Source: Octopus vulgaris
Taxonomy: Eukaryota
DNA length: 64,000 bases
Assembly: GCA_951406725.2 (NCBI GenBank)
Contig: OX597825.1
Span: 56,606,001-56,670,000 of the forward strand
Direction of reading: 5' to 3'
Below the pieces are notes generated by a model, which was not told where the DNA came from, ran no database searches, and saw only the letters and a program-made list of their open reading frames with translations. Positions 26,700 through 39,878 of the stretch are shown here, piece by piece (within the stretch, counting starts at the first letter, position 1; every line of letters begins with the position of its first letter). A program made the translations under genes and the position numbers.

Positions 26700-27137
26700 T
26701 TTTATTTCCAGCAAGATAGTGCATTCCCACGCTATCATAAAACCTTAATGAGATTTTGCCAAAAGGCGGGGGTGGGCGTAGAGGTTCAGTTTAATACCTT
26801 CTGTGTTTCCTGGACCACACACCACTAGACTTATTTTTATGCGTATACTTAAAAGATAAACCTTACAGTACAAAACCGACAGCAATCGATGAATTAACGG
26901 CAGCCATTCAACGAAATGCGCACAAATATCGAACGAAATGTTTCTTGATGTTTACGATTACATTGCTCCGTGTTATCGGCACTACCTGGGCCGAAATGTT
27001 CATCAGCTTGCAAACAGACGTTCATGAAAAAAATTGTGTCTTTAGATTCTATTCAATTTTGAATCTAAAATATATTTGAATAAACACTGACTTAATAATC
27101 ATTCTATGTGCGTATGCGTTTTGTGGGGGACACCCTG
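26700..27137 (+). mobile_element. Tc1/mariner-superfamily (rosa/DD41D-like) transposase 3' remnant with right TIR
   Basis: Decayed translation FYFQQDSA..HY...GRRG...DHTPLDLFL..YLKDK.YS.KP..IDEL..AI; ends gggggacaccctg followed by TA. Confidence 0.75.
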
Positions 27138-27589
27138 TATATATGTGTAATATATGGTATAATGATAAGCAGGGCAAATTCTTAGCCATTTCTCTGCAGA
27201 CTGATAAAATTGATGAACCACCTTAATCGATTTTCGAACCTTATTGTGTTCCTATCATAGGAGTCTACATCATTCTGAAAGTCTCCTGAGAAACAAGCAG
27301 CCAGACTATTTATATACTCAACAAATGCAGCAGTTACTCTATGAAGGAGTCATTAATTTGCACACCGAAAGTGTTTAACACTCTACAAATACCAGGTGCC
27401 TGTCAACGGGGATCTTAGTCCACAAGATATCAAGGTAATATATAATAAATATGTAACATAAAGTATAATTATAAACAGAGCAAAATTTTAGCCATTATTT
27501 TACACTTCTCGGATCCGGGCCCTTTTTTTTACTAGCTTCAGCTCAAGAGCTGTGACCATGCTGAGGCACTGCCGTTAGCTTTGCTATAA

Positions 27590-27845
27590 TTTCTCTAAAC
27601 CTCTTCTGATATGATGCATTTGGTGAATGGTGGGGTGATGTTGATGCCATCATCTGTGTTCCTTGTTGCTTGGTAGGTTCCTCCTGAACTCTAGACAGAT
27701 CTTGTTTTGTTTTGAAGACACCTACATCCACTCCATGTGAGTCTCTCAGGTTTTGTGGGAGGATATTGAAGAGCTATGGGCCCTTGAAACCCAAGCTGCT
27801 GCAGTATCAGGTCCTATATCATGATGGCTATATTGGGATTTACAT
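27590..27845 (-). mobile_element. CR1-clade LINE 3' end remnant
   Basis: Minus-strand translation CSSLGFKGP*LFNILPQNLRDSHGVDVGVFKTK..LSRV.EEPT is typical of the CR1-type ORF2 C-terminus. Confidence 0.7.
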
Positions 27846-28671
27846 AACTCTTTATATATCTACCACATTTTACCCCTGACATCTCGAGTAGTACAATGCG
27901 CTTTATACAGAGTGCAACGGTGAGATTCTGTCTTTTAACAAACTGCCGCAGAGGAGGCGGGTTGTTGTTTAAAACATCATAATGTCCCACGAGGTCACAC
28001 TTGGCTAAATATTGCAGATTTTCTTAATGTGGTTTATTTTAACTTTATTCTTTTCGTTTATTTCTTTCGCACAGACAATGGTCAAAGTAGCGACTAACTT
28101 AATTAGTCATTGTACAATCTCTTTGAATAAATGCATCGTTTAGACGAATTGAATGTTCTGAGTATAGTCGATCTGTGTCTAACTACCACATATACATCTA
28201 TACATGGGCATATACATACAAACGTAAATATCATATGTATATATAAATATATATATATGTATACGTATATATAAGATATATATGCATATATAATATTATA
28301 TATATACACACACACATACACACACACGCACATACACACACACACACGCACATACACACAGAATCAATAATCAATAATGGTAAGTCGTCTTGTGGAAATT
28401 AACAAATGATGTTTTAATCAGTGAATTATTAGAAGCGGAAAGTTAAAAGATAGGAAGCAAGAAGATGAACCATTTAAAATAGCTGTTAATTTTGTATAAT
28501 TGATTAATTATGAAAACCTACTTTATTCATTAGTGTAACCACTTCTCTTGTTAATGTTGCTTGTGATGTTGTGTAGCCTCAGGTCAGTTCTCACCAAGCA
28601 GTCACATGATCAATCCAGCCATGACTATCCCGTCTTTGTCTCTTTTCTTTTTTTTCTGTATTTTTAGCTAT

Positions 28672-29055
28672 AGGCACAGGGTTGACTGTGTGGTAAGGAG
28701 CTTGCTTTCCAACCACATAGTTCCTGGTTAGCTCCACTGCGGTGGTACCTTGGGCGTCTTCTGCTAGTATTGGGTCGACCAAAAGCTTTGTGAGTGGATG
28801 TGGTAGACGGAAACTGAAAGAAGCTCATCGTATATATGTGTGGGGGGGTCTACTTGTCTGTCTTTTTCCCCCGCTACCGCTTGACAACCGGTGTTGGTGA
28901 GTTTATGTCCGCATAACTTAACGGTTCGGCAAGGAATACCGATAGAATTAGTACCAGGCTTTAAAAATAAATGAAAAGTACTGGGGTAGATTCATTCAAA
29001 GCGGTGCTCCAGTATGGCCGCAGTCTAATGACTGAAACAAGTATAAGAAAGAAAA
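28672..29055 (+). mobile_element. Family-A SINE, full length and diverged
   Basis: ggcacagggttgactgtgtggtaag...gacggaaactgaaagaagc...ggccgcagtctaatgactgaaacaagt. Confidence 0.85.
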
Positions 29056-31394
29056 TATCTCCAATATATTTCCACTGTATCATTTTTATTTTGAAGACAA
29101 GACAATGTGAGTTGAGAGAAATTTAACTGCTATGTCTAACAGGTCGAATACCTTGCTCCTTTGTTTCTCGATGTGTATGGAGTTACTAGTTGTTGTGTAT
29201 AGTGGCGGTTGTCGTTATGGTGTATGGTTGAGATATTGTTTAACTGAAGGTCAATCCTTATTGAGTTGATCTAAGGTCGAAGGCGTTTCACCCTAGACCA
29301 TCTAGCCTTAGTTTCATTTATGGTGTTGATAGAGATTATATTGTCTAATTGTCCTTCATTATTAAGAAAGCCCATGGGTAATATGCCCAGGGGCAACAAG
29401 TAACAGTTAAGCGCCTACTTCTTTTTTTAAAGATGGCACGATGTGAGTTGAGGGACTTTTGGTTCGAATTTCAACTCCGAATGTATTTGATCCAAAGAAA
29501 ATAGGCAAAATCGATTTTGGATTTACATCATGAACATATATTTAAGAATCCTGTGAAAGTCCAGCATTGTAAGCTAACGAAGTTTTAGTTTTTGTTTTGT
29601 TGTTTTTTTTTATATCATTTAGTAAGGAGAAAAAGTAGTACCCACGACTAATTACAGAGCCTCCGAGACTAGTGGGGTGGACTAAAAGAGCGAAGACGAC
29701 ATCCTCTAACTGGAGACCTGGCTCAAATTCTGGCAAGATAATGGACAAGTTACCAAGTGGTAATGGTAATCCATACGTTGGATTAAATGTACTACTCATA
29801 TAACCTATGGCTGGATTTGAACTCAGAACGGTTAGAGAAGGAACAAATATTGCAAGCCATCCAGTCCCGCTTTCTTACAGTTCCATCAATCTACGGCCCT
29901 GGATTGGTATTCATTTTATCATTGACCCAGGAAAAGCGAACAGCAATGTTGACTTCGGCTGATTTTGAACTAAGAGTGCTAGGAATAGAAACACATACCT
30001 TGGTTTATTTCTTCGAGATTTAGTGTAACCATGGGAGCCTGAGACTTTTTATACATGCCTTAGTTGCATACGAAGTGCAGAACCAGTGACTATCAGAGAT
30101 GATTCATAGACGTTTTCAATTGATATCCCATAACATTATCGATCCAATAAGTTGTAGGATTTGCTTTTATTTACCTATTTATCGATTTCCTGTTTTGCAA
30201 TAACTGAATGTTAATCTACTAATTCGATCCTCGTTAAAAATCTTTATTGGCTTAATATACGTGTGAAGTTTCTCGAATGTTTGGAAGCAGTTTGGCGATT
30301 AATTGAAAGAGTGAGGATACAGAATCGCGTTAACAACGAATAAAATATTTGGATTAAAGGGTGATTGATGGATGATATTTCCAGAAGGATAAGGAATAAG
30401 GCGTTGTCTGAGTTGTGTTGGGGGACCGGAAAGGACTTCTGTATAGCGTGGAGCTTACTATTTATTTTAAGAATCTGAGAATCCCTATCGCCAGTTCCAA
30501 TTGCATTCTAACAGACTGAACATTGTTAATTACCTTGTCGTACCAAATTTGAAAGTCTTCGATAATAAATCAGCAGTGCCCACTCCATTCCCAGGTCTCC
30601 TTAGCACCTTTCCTGTTTCTGTGAAAGATATTCGCGAGTTAATTACTGTTTAGTGGTGCGTTAAGTTGAATGATAAGGTTGTCTCTGATGTTTATTCGCT
30701 GCCAATAAATAGATGAGTTGTGTATTCGAAGAGGATGAGTTAGTAGGGGGAGTTGTAGCACACCTAAAATCATTCTTTATACAATGTTCATCTCTCTTAC
30801 GTTTTGCGATCAAATCTCACATATACCACGTTCTTTTTTTTTTCTCTCCATTATCGCTCTGTCTATTTATCTATCTGCTACCTATCTATCTATCGCTTTT
30901 TCTCACTCGCACACCGTGGAGTGTTTTCTTTTCTTTTATATTAGCGTCATAACAACATAACATACCAATACAGAATTTTACTGATAATTAATTAATTGCT
31001 AGAGAAGATAAATTCATGCCTACTCTCTGATTTTGTTTTCCCTGTCCTTCAGGAAATGTATAATACCAGTAATTTCCTGGGGTATTAGTTCCACCCACTA
31101 CAGTTACACTATTTTGAAGAATCATTAATAAATGATCGCTACACAGTCGGGCGACCTACTGCCAAGAGTTCTTGAAATTACATCCGACTAACTTACAACA
31201 AGTTTTAGGAGCACTTTGATATAGTCACAGATATGCAATGATTGTGACAGAAGAACTGCGTGTATATACCGGGAAATACCTATATCAGAGGTCTGTCCTG
31301 TCAGGACAAGAACTGCGGGTTAAACAACAGCAATTTGAACAATATACTCTCGTTAATTTATATTTATGTTTGCTCTCTGAACATTTCTATTAGA

Positions 31395-31804
31395 GCAAAA
31401 CAAAATATATATTTTCTTACACAAAATATATTTATATATCTTTATTCAAAACATATTTCGACATTCTTTCACAAAATATATTTATATATATTCTTAGAAA
31501 ATTTATATTTATATTCTCTTACACAAAATACTATATTCTTACGCAAAATATATTTAAACATTCTTACAAAAAATTAATCTATATGTATTCTTATATAAAA
31601 TATATCTATTATGTATTCTTACCTTACATATATATACATATATATATATACAGACAGACAGACAGACAGACAGACATATACATATATGCATATACATATA
31701 TATAGACTGAGAGATATAGATATATAATACATAAACAGACAGACACCCACATAGCTAGATAGCTAGATAGATATGATATGATATATATGTATATATATGT
31801 ATAT

Positions 31805-31854
<50 letters not shown>

Positions 31855-31915
31855 TTACGCAAAATTATTTATATCCTTACACAAAATATATTTTTTATAT
31901 ATCCTTACACAAAAA

Positions 31916-31970
<55 letters not shown>

Positions 31971-32307
31971 TTATTATTACACAAAATATATTCATATATC
32001 CTTAACTAAAATTTATTTCTATGTTCCTACATAAAATATATTCATATATTCTTACGCAAAATATATCAATATACAGTTTTACACAAAAAATATTGATATA
32101 GCTTAACACAAAATATATTCAAATATATTCTTACAGAATTAATGTATTCTTACACCAGATATATTTATATATCTTTAAATAAAATATATTTCTACGTTCT
32201 TCAACAAAATATATTTCTACATTATAATACAATATGCCTGTATATATATATAAACATACATATATATATATACATACCATACATACATATATGTACATAA
32301 ATATATA

Positions 32308-32379
<72 letters not shown>

Positions 32380-32399
32380 TATATATATACATATATATT

Positions 32400-32435
<36 letters not shown>

Positions 32436-32475
32436 ATAAGAGTAGATCGTACTCTTTCAAACTTCTTTTTTACAA

Positions 32476-32514
<39 letters not shown>

Positions 32515-32630
32515 ATCTTCTCATACAAAATATATTTATGCCCCTTTTTGTATAGAGCATTTCTGATATATCCTTACACAAAATATAATTCATACGCAAA
32601 ATACATATTCTGATGTATATTTCCTCACAC
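31395..32630. repeat. Degenerate about 25-bp AT-rich minisatellite (cttacacaaaatatatttatatatt) interrupted by (TA)n
   Basis: The motif ttac(a/g)caaaatata recurs many times. Confidence 0.8.
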
Positions 32631-33094
32631 GGAATACCAGTAAAAAAATTTGCGATATCATTCTCAGTCTCCTCTAAATATTATCTCCCTTTTACGGATT
32701 CTTCAAAGAAAGGAAATCAAAAATAAATGTATTGTGGTTCATATAAGATAAGCCCATAGCTAACCAACTGAACAGTGCAGATTATAGATTGTAGCCATTT
32801 AGCATTTCTCTTCCTTTCCGTTACTAATGCATATACGTCACAACTTCTTATTCGATTCCTCTCAGAATTTTTCTGTTTGACTACTGTATGAATAAATAAA
32901 CAATTCAGTAAAGTGTGATTCTTTAGTGGAAACCTACCGCAGCATTTAATAGTAACAGAGCAATATTCGGTACGACTCGGGTAGTATTTGGAGCTAGTGG
33001 AGTAATTCACGGAGTCACGAGAATCGTGGGTCTATTAAATTCTATTGAAGTATGAGACAGTGTCATTCGAATGGTATCGTAGTAGGTTATTTAC

Positions 33095-33315
33095 ATACCC
33101 AGCCCCACATGATCTATTTACGCACTCCAGCACCATGTGACTTAAGTACTTCGGATATAACGTGACCTATTTACATACTACAGCACCACGTGACCTGTTT
33201 ACGTAAACAAGACTACGTTACCTATTTAGCTAACACATTACCACGTGACCTATTTATGTGCTCCGGAACCATGTGACCTATATATGTACTACAGCACCAT
33301 GTGACCTATTTATAT
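33095..33315. repeat. About 28-bp minisatellite (cagcacca(t/c)gtgacctatttacatacta), about 8 units
   Basis: gtgacctattta recurs at about 28-nt spacing. Confidence 0.85.
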
Positions 33316-33659
33316 CAAAGTTATCATAGCTAAAACTATGCTGAGACACTGCCATTAGTATTGAATATGTGATATTTCATATATATTTAACATCTCTAAT
33401 TAGTAAATCAGCATAAATGATGGACACTATTCTTCTTTAATTGTATCCTGGTCGCTGTTCCGGAGAGAAATGTGACTAAGTACTTTTAAAGGTATCAGGG
33501 GTAACATTAGGCAAGTGTCGCAGAAATTTTGTAAGGTAATTGCATAAATGTGTCTTTAAACGCTAAACTGCTGGTTGTATAAATTCCTGATGCGAGATGT
33601 TTAGGAAAGATACTTGGGAATTTAATACAACCCCCTCCATACTTCTCGTACGTTATTTC

Positions 33660-33890
33660 TTCTATATCACTCCCCGACAGGTTTATGATCGAGCATAGCA
33701 GTAGTGGAGACCTCGGCGTTCTTGGACCCTGGAACATATCCCTTTTCATTGCTATCGAAGCGGAGATGGCTGCCCCAAGTGCGAGTCCTGTGAGTCAGAT
33801 TGGCTGTTCCAACACATCTCCATCGCCATTCTCAGGGGCAACGCCTTTTCCATTTTTTCTGCTGCGGTTATGAAGCAGTCTGACTTACAG
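33660..33890 (+). pseudogene. CRE-clade non-LTR retrotransposon, RLE C-terminal remnant
   Basis: Frameshifted translation SLPDRFMIE..VETLGVLGP...ESDWLFQHISIAILRGNAFSI matches the VET.G..GP / WL.Q.IS.AI.RGN signature of the CRE-type RLE end. A weaker second copy may lie at about 33915-34100. Confidence 0.75.
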
Positions 33891-34669
33891 GAAATTGTAC
33901 GTTCCACTCCTCAGGTACTTAGATCCAAGCAATGATTTATTATTTACAATTGTCTCTGCTGTATCAAAGACTGGAATAAGACCGTCGAATGTACCTCTCA
34001 TGTGGGTTAGAAAGGCCTGCGATACATACATAACTTGTGTGTCTGTTCAGTGTCTTGAGCTGAACTTATGCATGGTATTTAAAGCTTGTTGGGAAGACGA
34101 GTTAGCCAGTGAACAGTTAAGTTTCTCAATTCATATGATCGCAAGAGAGCTGCGAAACTCTTCCACGTAACTTTCTACTAGACAATAGTTGTTATATATA
34201 CAATGTTTAAAAACATGTCAATGGGAGTGAAAGAGCTTTGTGAATATTTGCATGCTTTTTGTTATTTTTTTTTTTTTTACAAAGTGGGGAGCAAATGAAA
34301 TAATTGCAGAAGATTAATGTAACAATGAATATTACGACAACAACAGCAACAACGAGAAAATCTAAAACAACAACAAGCGACTTAATACTCTCTAAGACCA
34401 GGCGAGATATTTCATTCTTGGAAAAGATAAAAGCTCTATAGAATTCAACAATAGAATCAAGCATCTTTCCATTTTTTGTATTGCGATTCTGGAAAAATAG
34501 AATAATTGTTCTTGAGCTCACAGCTCAGCAACCTAGCAAAATTGACCAAACGTCAATCAGTGCTTTCGTGGAATTATATCGACTCTCTTGAAAAGAATGG
34601 AAATTTTGTAAAAGACACTCGATGCTCCAACAACACTTATTGTAAAGCAATATAGCTTTGCATGAGATT

Positions 34670-34683
34670 TATAATAATAATAA

Positions 34684-34759
<76 letters not shown>

Positions 34760-34874
34760 ATAATCATTATTATTATTATTATTATTAATTAATATTATCA
34801 TCATCATCATCATTATTATTATTTTCATTGTCATTATTATTATTATCATTTTTATTATTATTAACATTATAGTA

Positions 34875-34921
<47 letters not shown>

Positions 34922-34922
34922 A

Positions 34923-34970
<48 letters not shown>

Positions 34971-35081
34971 ATAATCATTATTATTATTATTATTATTAAT
35001 ATTATCATCATCATCATCATTATTATTATTTTCATTGTCATTATTATTATTATCATTTTTATTATTATTAACATTATAGTA

Positions 35082-35145
<64 letters not shown>

Positions 35146-35149
35146 CATG

Positions 35150-35208
<59 letters not shown>

Positions 35209-35576
35209 CATGATTATTATTATTATTATCATCATCATCGTCATCATCATCATTGTTATCGTTACTGCTACTATTACAATTGCTGTTGTTGTGGTTGCTG
35301 CTGTTGTTTCTTTCTGTCTTTTCAACTCTGCCGTGCTGCTATTATCACAGACTTCTCTATTCTTAATCTATATTAAAACAAAGGTTATCTAGAAACTGTG
35401 TTCACAGTTGCCATGATGCACAGTCAATACTAATATGCAATACTTTAAACAGAGAAACCTCCCATGTCTTCGCCTATCCACTTCCTTATCTTCCTCTCCT
35501 TCTGCTTCTTGTTGTTATTGCAGTTGTTGCTGTTCTTCTTTATATTATTATTATTGTTGTTATTAGTGTCAGTATC

Positions 35577-35656
<80 letters not shown>

Positions 35657-35720
35657 CATCATCATTATTATCATCATCATTATTATTATTATTATTATTG
35701 TTGTTGTTGTTGTTGTTGTT
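34670..35720. repeat. (ATT)n/(ATC)n/(GTT)n microsatellite field with an internally duplicated block
   Basis: The block tataataatcatt...ttttcattgtcatt...aacattatagtatcatt occurs twice (about 34755-34880 and about 34966-35090). Confidence 0.92.
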
Positions 35721-37024
35721 ATGCACTTAACGTAGTATTGGTGATGTAACCGGCTTACCGATGTTTCATGTCGAACTACAACTCGTGGGGCATTATTAAT
35801 ACTGCTGCTGTTGTTGTTGTTGTTGTTGTTGTTGTTGCGGTGGTGGTGGTGGTCGTCGTCGTCGTCGTTTGCGCTACTTTTGTTTTGCTGTTACTACTAC
35901 TACTATTATTTTATGGTTACTACTACTGTTATATTATTACGACTATTATTATTATTATGATTGTTATTATATTTATTATCATTATTATATTTGTACATAA
36001 AATATTATTAAAAGTTAATCTAATTAGGCAAGATATTACCCTAAAATCGTGTAATTATTTATTCACTAGACAGCCTCTGGCGTCTTTATTCTATTTTTCC
36101 GTTACTTCGAATTCACAAACTTGGTTTACACTCCAATGTTACCCTAAGTTCTGATAACAAAACGTCACCTTAAATCTCAAGAATTTTTCTTATTATTGCT
36201 GCAGATTACACGATTAAACTTTTCTGCAGGTCGGTAATTCGTGTCTTAACTCCAGTATACTCCAGCCTTTCATATTGGATTTAAATTCTAAATTTTTCTT
36301 TTTGGCCGCGACGATCGTATCACTTCTCCTTACATTAATAGTATATCTCAGTGGGAAATCCCATAAAATGTAATGGTCATTCACCACACAACCTCAGACT
36401 AATCTTTATACCAATTTTCTGTACTTCGAATTCACAAACTTGGCTTACATTCCGAAGCAATCTTTACAGATACAGTCATGCCTGTATTTATACTCTTTTT
36501 CTGTTAGCTACTGCACTGGCTTCGAAGATAGTACTTTTACCACATTTTCCACAGATTCTGTACTGAGTTTTATCGATCTTCACCTTTCATCAAGTTTTAT
36601 CTGATATCTTGCTCTTGAGCAGCTATGATTAGCGATTCATTTTCAAGCTTCATGTTTCCACCTATCAGCAACAACCAGTGTTCTTCACTCTCAACACCTT
36701 CAGCTTCTTCGTGATGTATTCCCTTTCCAGTATTAGTTCTGTCGTTTTTCTTACTGCTCTTGAATTCCCTTATTGTTTCAATGACAATTTGGATATTTCT
36801 AACCACAGATGTTAGTGTTTCTTCACTTTTCACAAGATAGTCTTTCAAACCCAATATTGATAGTACCTTCTGCATTTAACAAACCACTGAAACCTTCATT
36901 TCCTGGAAAGTAATCATACTTAGAGCCTGTCCATACTACCTTTGATGCTGGTACACATTGTGCATCGTTAGCAGCTTCCTAGTTCTTCTATTTAATTCTC
37001 ATATAAAAGGAGCAAATATCTAAC

Positions 37025-37240
37025 TTATGGTTTCAAATCTTGGCACAAGGCAAACAATTTCGGGGGGAGAGAGTAAGTCGTTTACATCGATCCCAGTGTT
37101 CAACTAGTATTTATTTTATCGATTCCGAAAGGGTGAATAGCAAAGTCGACCTCGGCGAAATTTTAATTCAGACCATAAAGACGGACGAACTACCTCCAAG
37201 CATGTTGCCCATCGTACAAGCGATTCTGCCAGTTCTCCGC
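37025..37240 (-). mobile_element. Family-B SINE, diverged monomer, nested in the old LINE
   Basis: ttggcacaaggc...tttatcgattccgaaagggtgaatagcaaagtcgacctcggcg...gattctgccag. Confidence 0.8.
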
Positions 37241-37664
37241 CTAAAGCATCTTAATAATGGCAGGTCCTGTGTATTGATTGCTTCCATTACATTACCTGCA
37301 GTTTGTTTGTTTACTTACTTGCTCTTTTATGTACTCTTTAGAGACCTTATCTCTCATTTCTCTTTCCATTATCCTATCGTCTTGCAGCAACCCCAATCTA
37401 ATTCTAATTCCATTGATCGCCTGGCTTTTTCCATAAAAAATATTTGTTATCTTCTCATTGACATCGAGTGTCCACACGTACTACAGAAACCAGTGATATG
37501 TTACATTATCAAATGCATTCTTGTAGTCTATCTAAACAACAGCTAAGTTCTTTCTCAATCATACCTCGCACAATATCATGCTATCAATATGCCGCAGATC
37601 AGCATTTCCTGATAATTTCTCTCAACATCTCTTTTGCTCCTCTGACAATATATTCCTTCATTAG

Positions 37665-38059
37665 GGCGGCGAGCTGGCAGAATCGTTAGCACGCCGGGTG
37701 AAATGCTTAGTGGTATATCGTCTGCCGCTACGTTCTGAGTTCAAATTCCGCCGAGGTCGACTTTGCCTTTCATCCTTTCGGGGTCGATTAAATAAGTACC
37801 AGTTACGCGCTGGGGTCGATATAATCGATTTAATCCGTTTGTCTGTCCTTGTTTGTCCCCTGTGTGTTTAGCCCCTTTAGGTAGTAAAGAAATAGGTATT
37901 TTGTATGCTGTAACGTTCTGAGTTCAAATTCCGCCGAGGTCGAATTTGCCTTTCATCCTTTCAGGGTCGATAAATTAAGTACCAGTTGCGTACTGGGGTC
38001 GATCTAATCGACTGGCTCCCTCCCCAAAGCTGTCGGGCCTTGTGCCTAGTATAGAAAAG
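37665..38059 (+). mobile_element. Family-B SINE dimer with target-site duplication, nested in the old LINE
   Basis: Full dimer flanked by aatatattccttcatt (37647-62) and aatatattcctccttt (38060-75), 14 of 16 identical. Confidence 0.92.
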
Positions 38060-38301
38060 AATATATTCCTCCTTTTCCAGAAAGCAATAACCCATCTATT
38101 ATGAGGTTAGTTAATAATTTCAGGAATAATGTTATAGTCTTATAACTGCTCATCTCCCCTCTCTTTTTCTAATCTGAAGTATTAGCATTCTGTTTCTTTT
38201 CTGCCATCCATGTTAATGTCCCATTTTCTATAGTCAGTAAGAAACAGTTGAATATAACTGTAACTGAGCGTGCTTGAGAAATTATCCGCAAAGCAGCGCT
38301 C

Positions 38302-38362
<61 letters not shown>

Positions 38363-38402
38363 CAGCAGCAGCAGCAGCAGCAGTAGCAGCAGCAGCAGTA
38401 AC

Positions 38403-38453
<51 letters not shown>

Positions 38454-38552
38454 GGTGGTGGTGGTGGTGGTGGTAGTGGTGGGTAATCCCAGCAGTTTTA
38501 GCAGCAGTAGCAGCAGTAGTACTAGCAGCAGCAGCAGATGCAGCAACAACAT

Positions 38553-38634
<82 letters not shown>

Positions 38635-38659
38635 GGTGGTGGTGGTGGTGGTGGTGGCG

Positions 38660-38729
<70 letters not shown>

Positions 38730-38730
38730 C
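38302..38730. repeat. Compound (AGT)n/(AGC)n/(GGT)n trinucleotide array
   Basis: Direct reading of the sequence. Confidence 0.95.
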
Positions 38731-38921
38731 ACAAGTTAGACATGCCCCTAACAACCTATTTATTTTGCTTCCAACTAAAACATTTTCGTGTTTTCTTTTC
38801 AATCATTTTGAATTTTACTCGATTTTTAAAATGTTCTCTCAATCATATCAATCATCATTCTCCATTAATCATCATCAGCAACGAATATCGAAACGAGCGC
38901 GCACTCACAAATATTGATGTG

Positions 38922-38952
<31 letters not shown>

Positions 38953-39324
38953 TCTGTGTGTGTATGTGGGAGTGTTTGTATGTGCGTGTATGGGTGTGAT
39001 GTGATTAAGTTTAGAATACATAGCTTAGATATTAGTAATTATCAACGGCTGATAAATTCCCAATAACACATACGCACACTCACACACACGCACTCACACA
39101 TACATGCACAAACACATATACATGCACAAACGCACACGCGCGCGCATAAACACAAATAAACAAACACAGTCGTTGATGCAATGTTATTACCAGTTCAAAT
39201 ATGCATGTGGCACGTTCGAACCTGCAAGCAAGCCATTCACTATGTTTTGTCATGGTGAAAATTTCTCGCTTTAGACAAATGATGTAAATACACCGAGTTC
39301 AGTTCGCAGCGCTACCTATCCAGA

Positions 39325-39372
39325 CTGCGAGTTGCTAGCATTTCGGAGTGGTTATTTCCTCTTCAGTCACAG
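39325..39372 (-). ncRNA. Type I hammerhead with canonical core and one substitution at the cleavage triplet
   Basis: Minus strand reads ctgtga-CTGAAGA-gga aataaccac tcc-GAAA-tgctagca-ac (tc expected)-tcgcag. Confidence 0.6.
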
Positions 39373-39454
39373 AAACCGAACAGAAAGCGCTCCGAGCAAA
39401 AAAAAAAAAAGAGAGAGATTGTCACTCTTACGTTATTCCAGGCATACTATGAGG

Positions 39455-39795
39455 ACTGGTAGCGATAGTCGGCGGCTCAGGGCAAACAAAGTGCGGGGTA
39501 ATAAAATTGCATTTATACTCAGCCCAGCCACAAACAGTCGTTGATGTTTCAGTGAATACCACCATCCTGATTTTAAATATCATTAAAATTTAGTTATGAT
39601 GTGTGTGTGTTTGTCTGTGTGTGTGTGTGTGTGTGTGCGCGTGTGTGTGTGTGTGTGCGTGCGTGTGTGTGTGCGTGTATGTGTGTGCGCGTGTTGCTGC
39701 AATCCACTGAATGTAACAAATAAATGGGTAAATGAGTGAATATTGTGATACATATGATATAAATACATATACACACACACACATACACACACTTA

Positions 39796-39878
<83 letters not shown>

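Larger units (their letters stand above)
36170..38290 (-). pseudogene. Old, decayed R4/Dong-clade LINE ORF (RT plus RLE), interrupted by two family-B SINEs
   Basis: Minus-strand peptides in the expected order: LSEEQKRC, LAVV*IDYKNAFDNV..HW, LGLLQDDRIMEREM, WL..GNMKLENESLIIAAQEQ, YRICG, KEYKYRHD, ILWDFP, IIRKILEI*. Confidence 0.8.

Noticed and set aside
33095-33315. CRISPR-like periodic repeat
   Set aside because: Head-to-tail minisatellite with no unique spacers, no cas genes, and a eukaryotic context.
33507-33749. 80-aa minus-strand ORF as a host exon
   Set aside because: It overlaps antisense to the CRE LINE remnant and has no recognisable domain.
38169-38802. Poly-S/G/T/H/Y ORFs
   Set aside because: A compound trinucleotide array that is open in several frames by construction.
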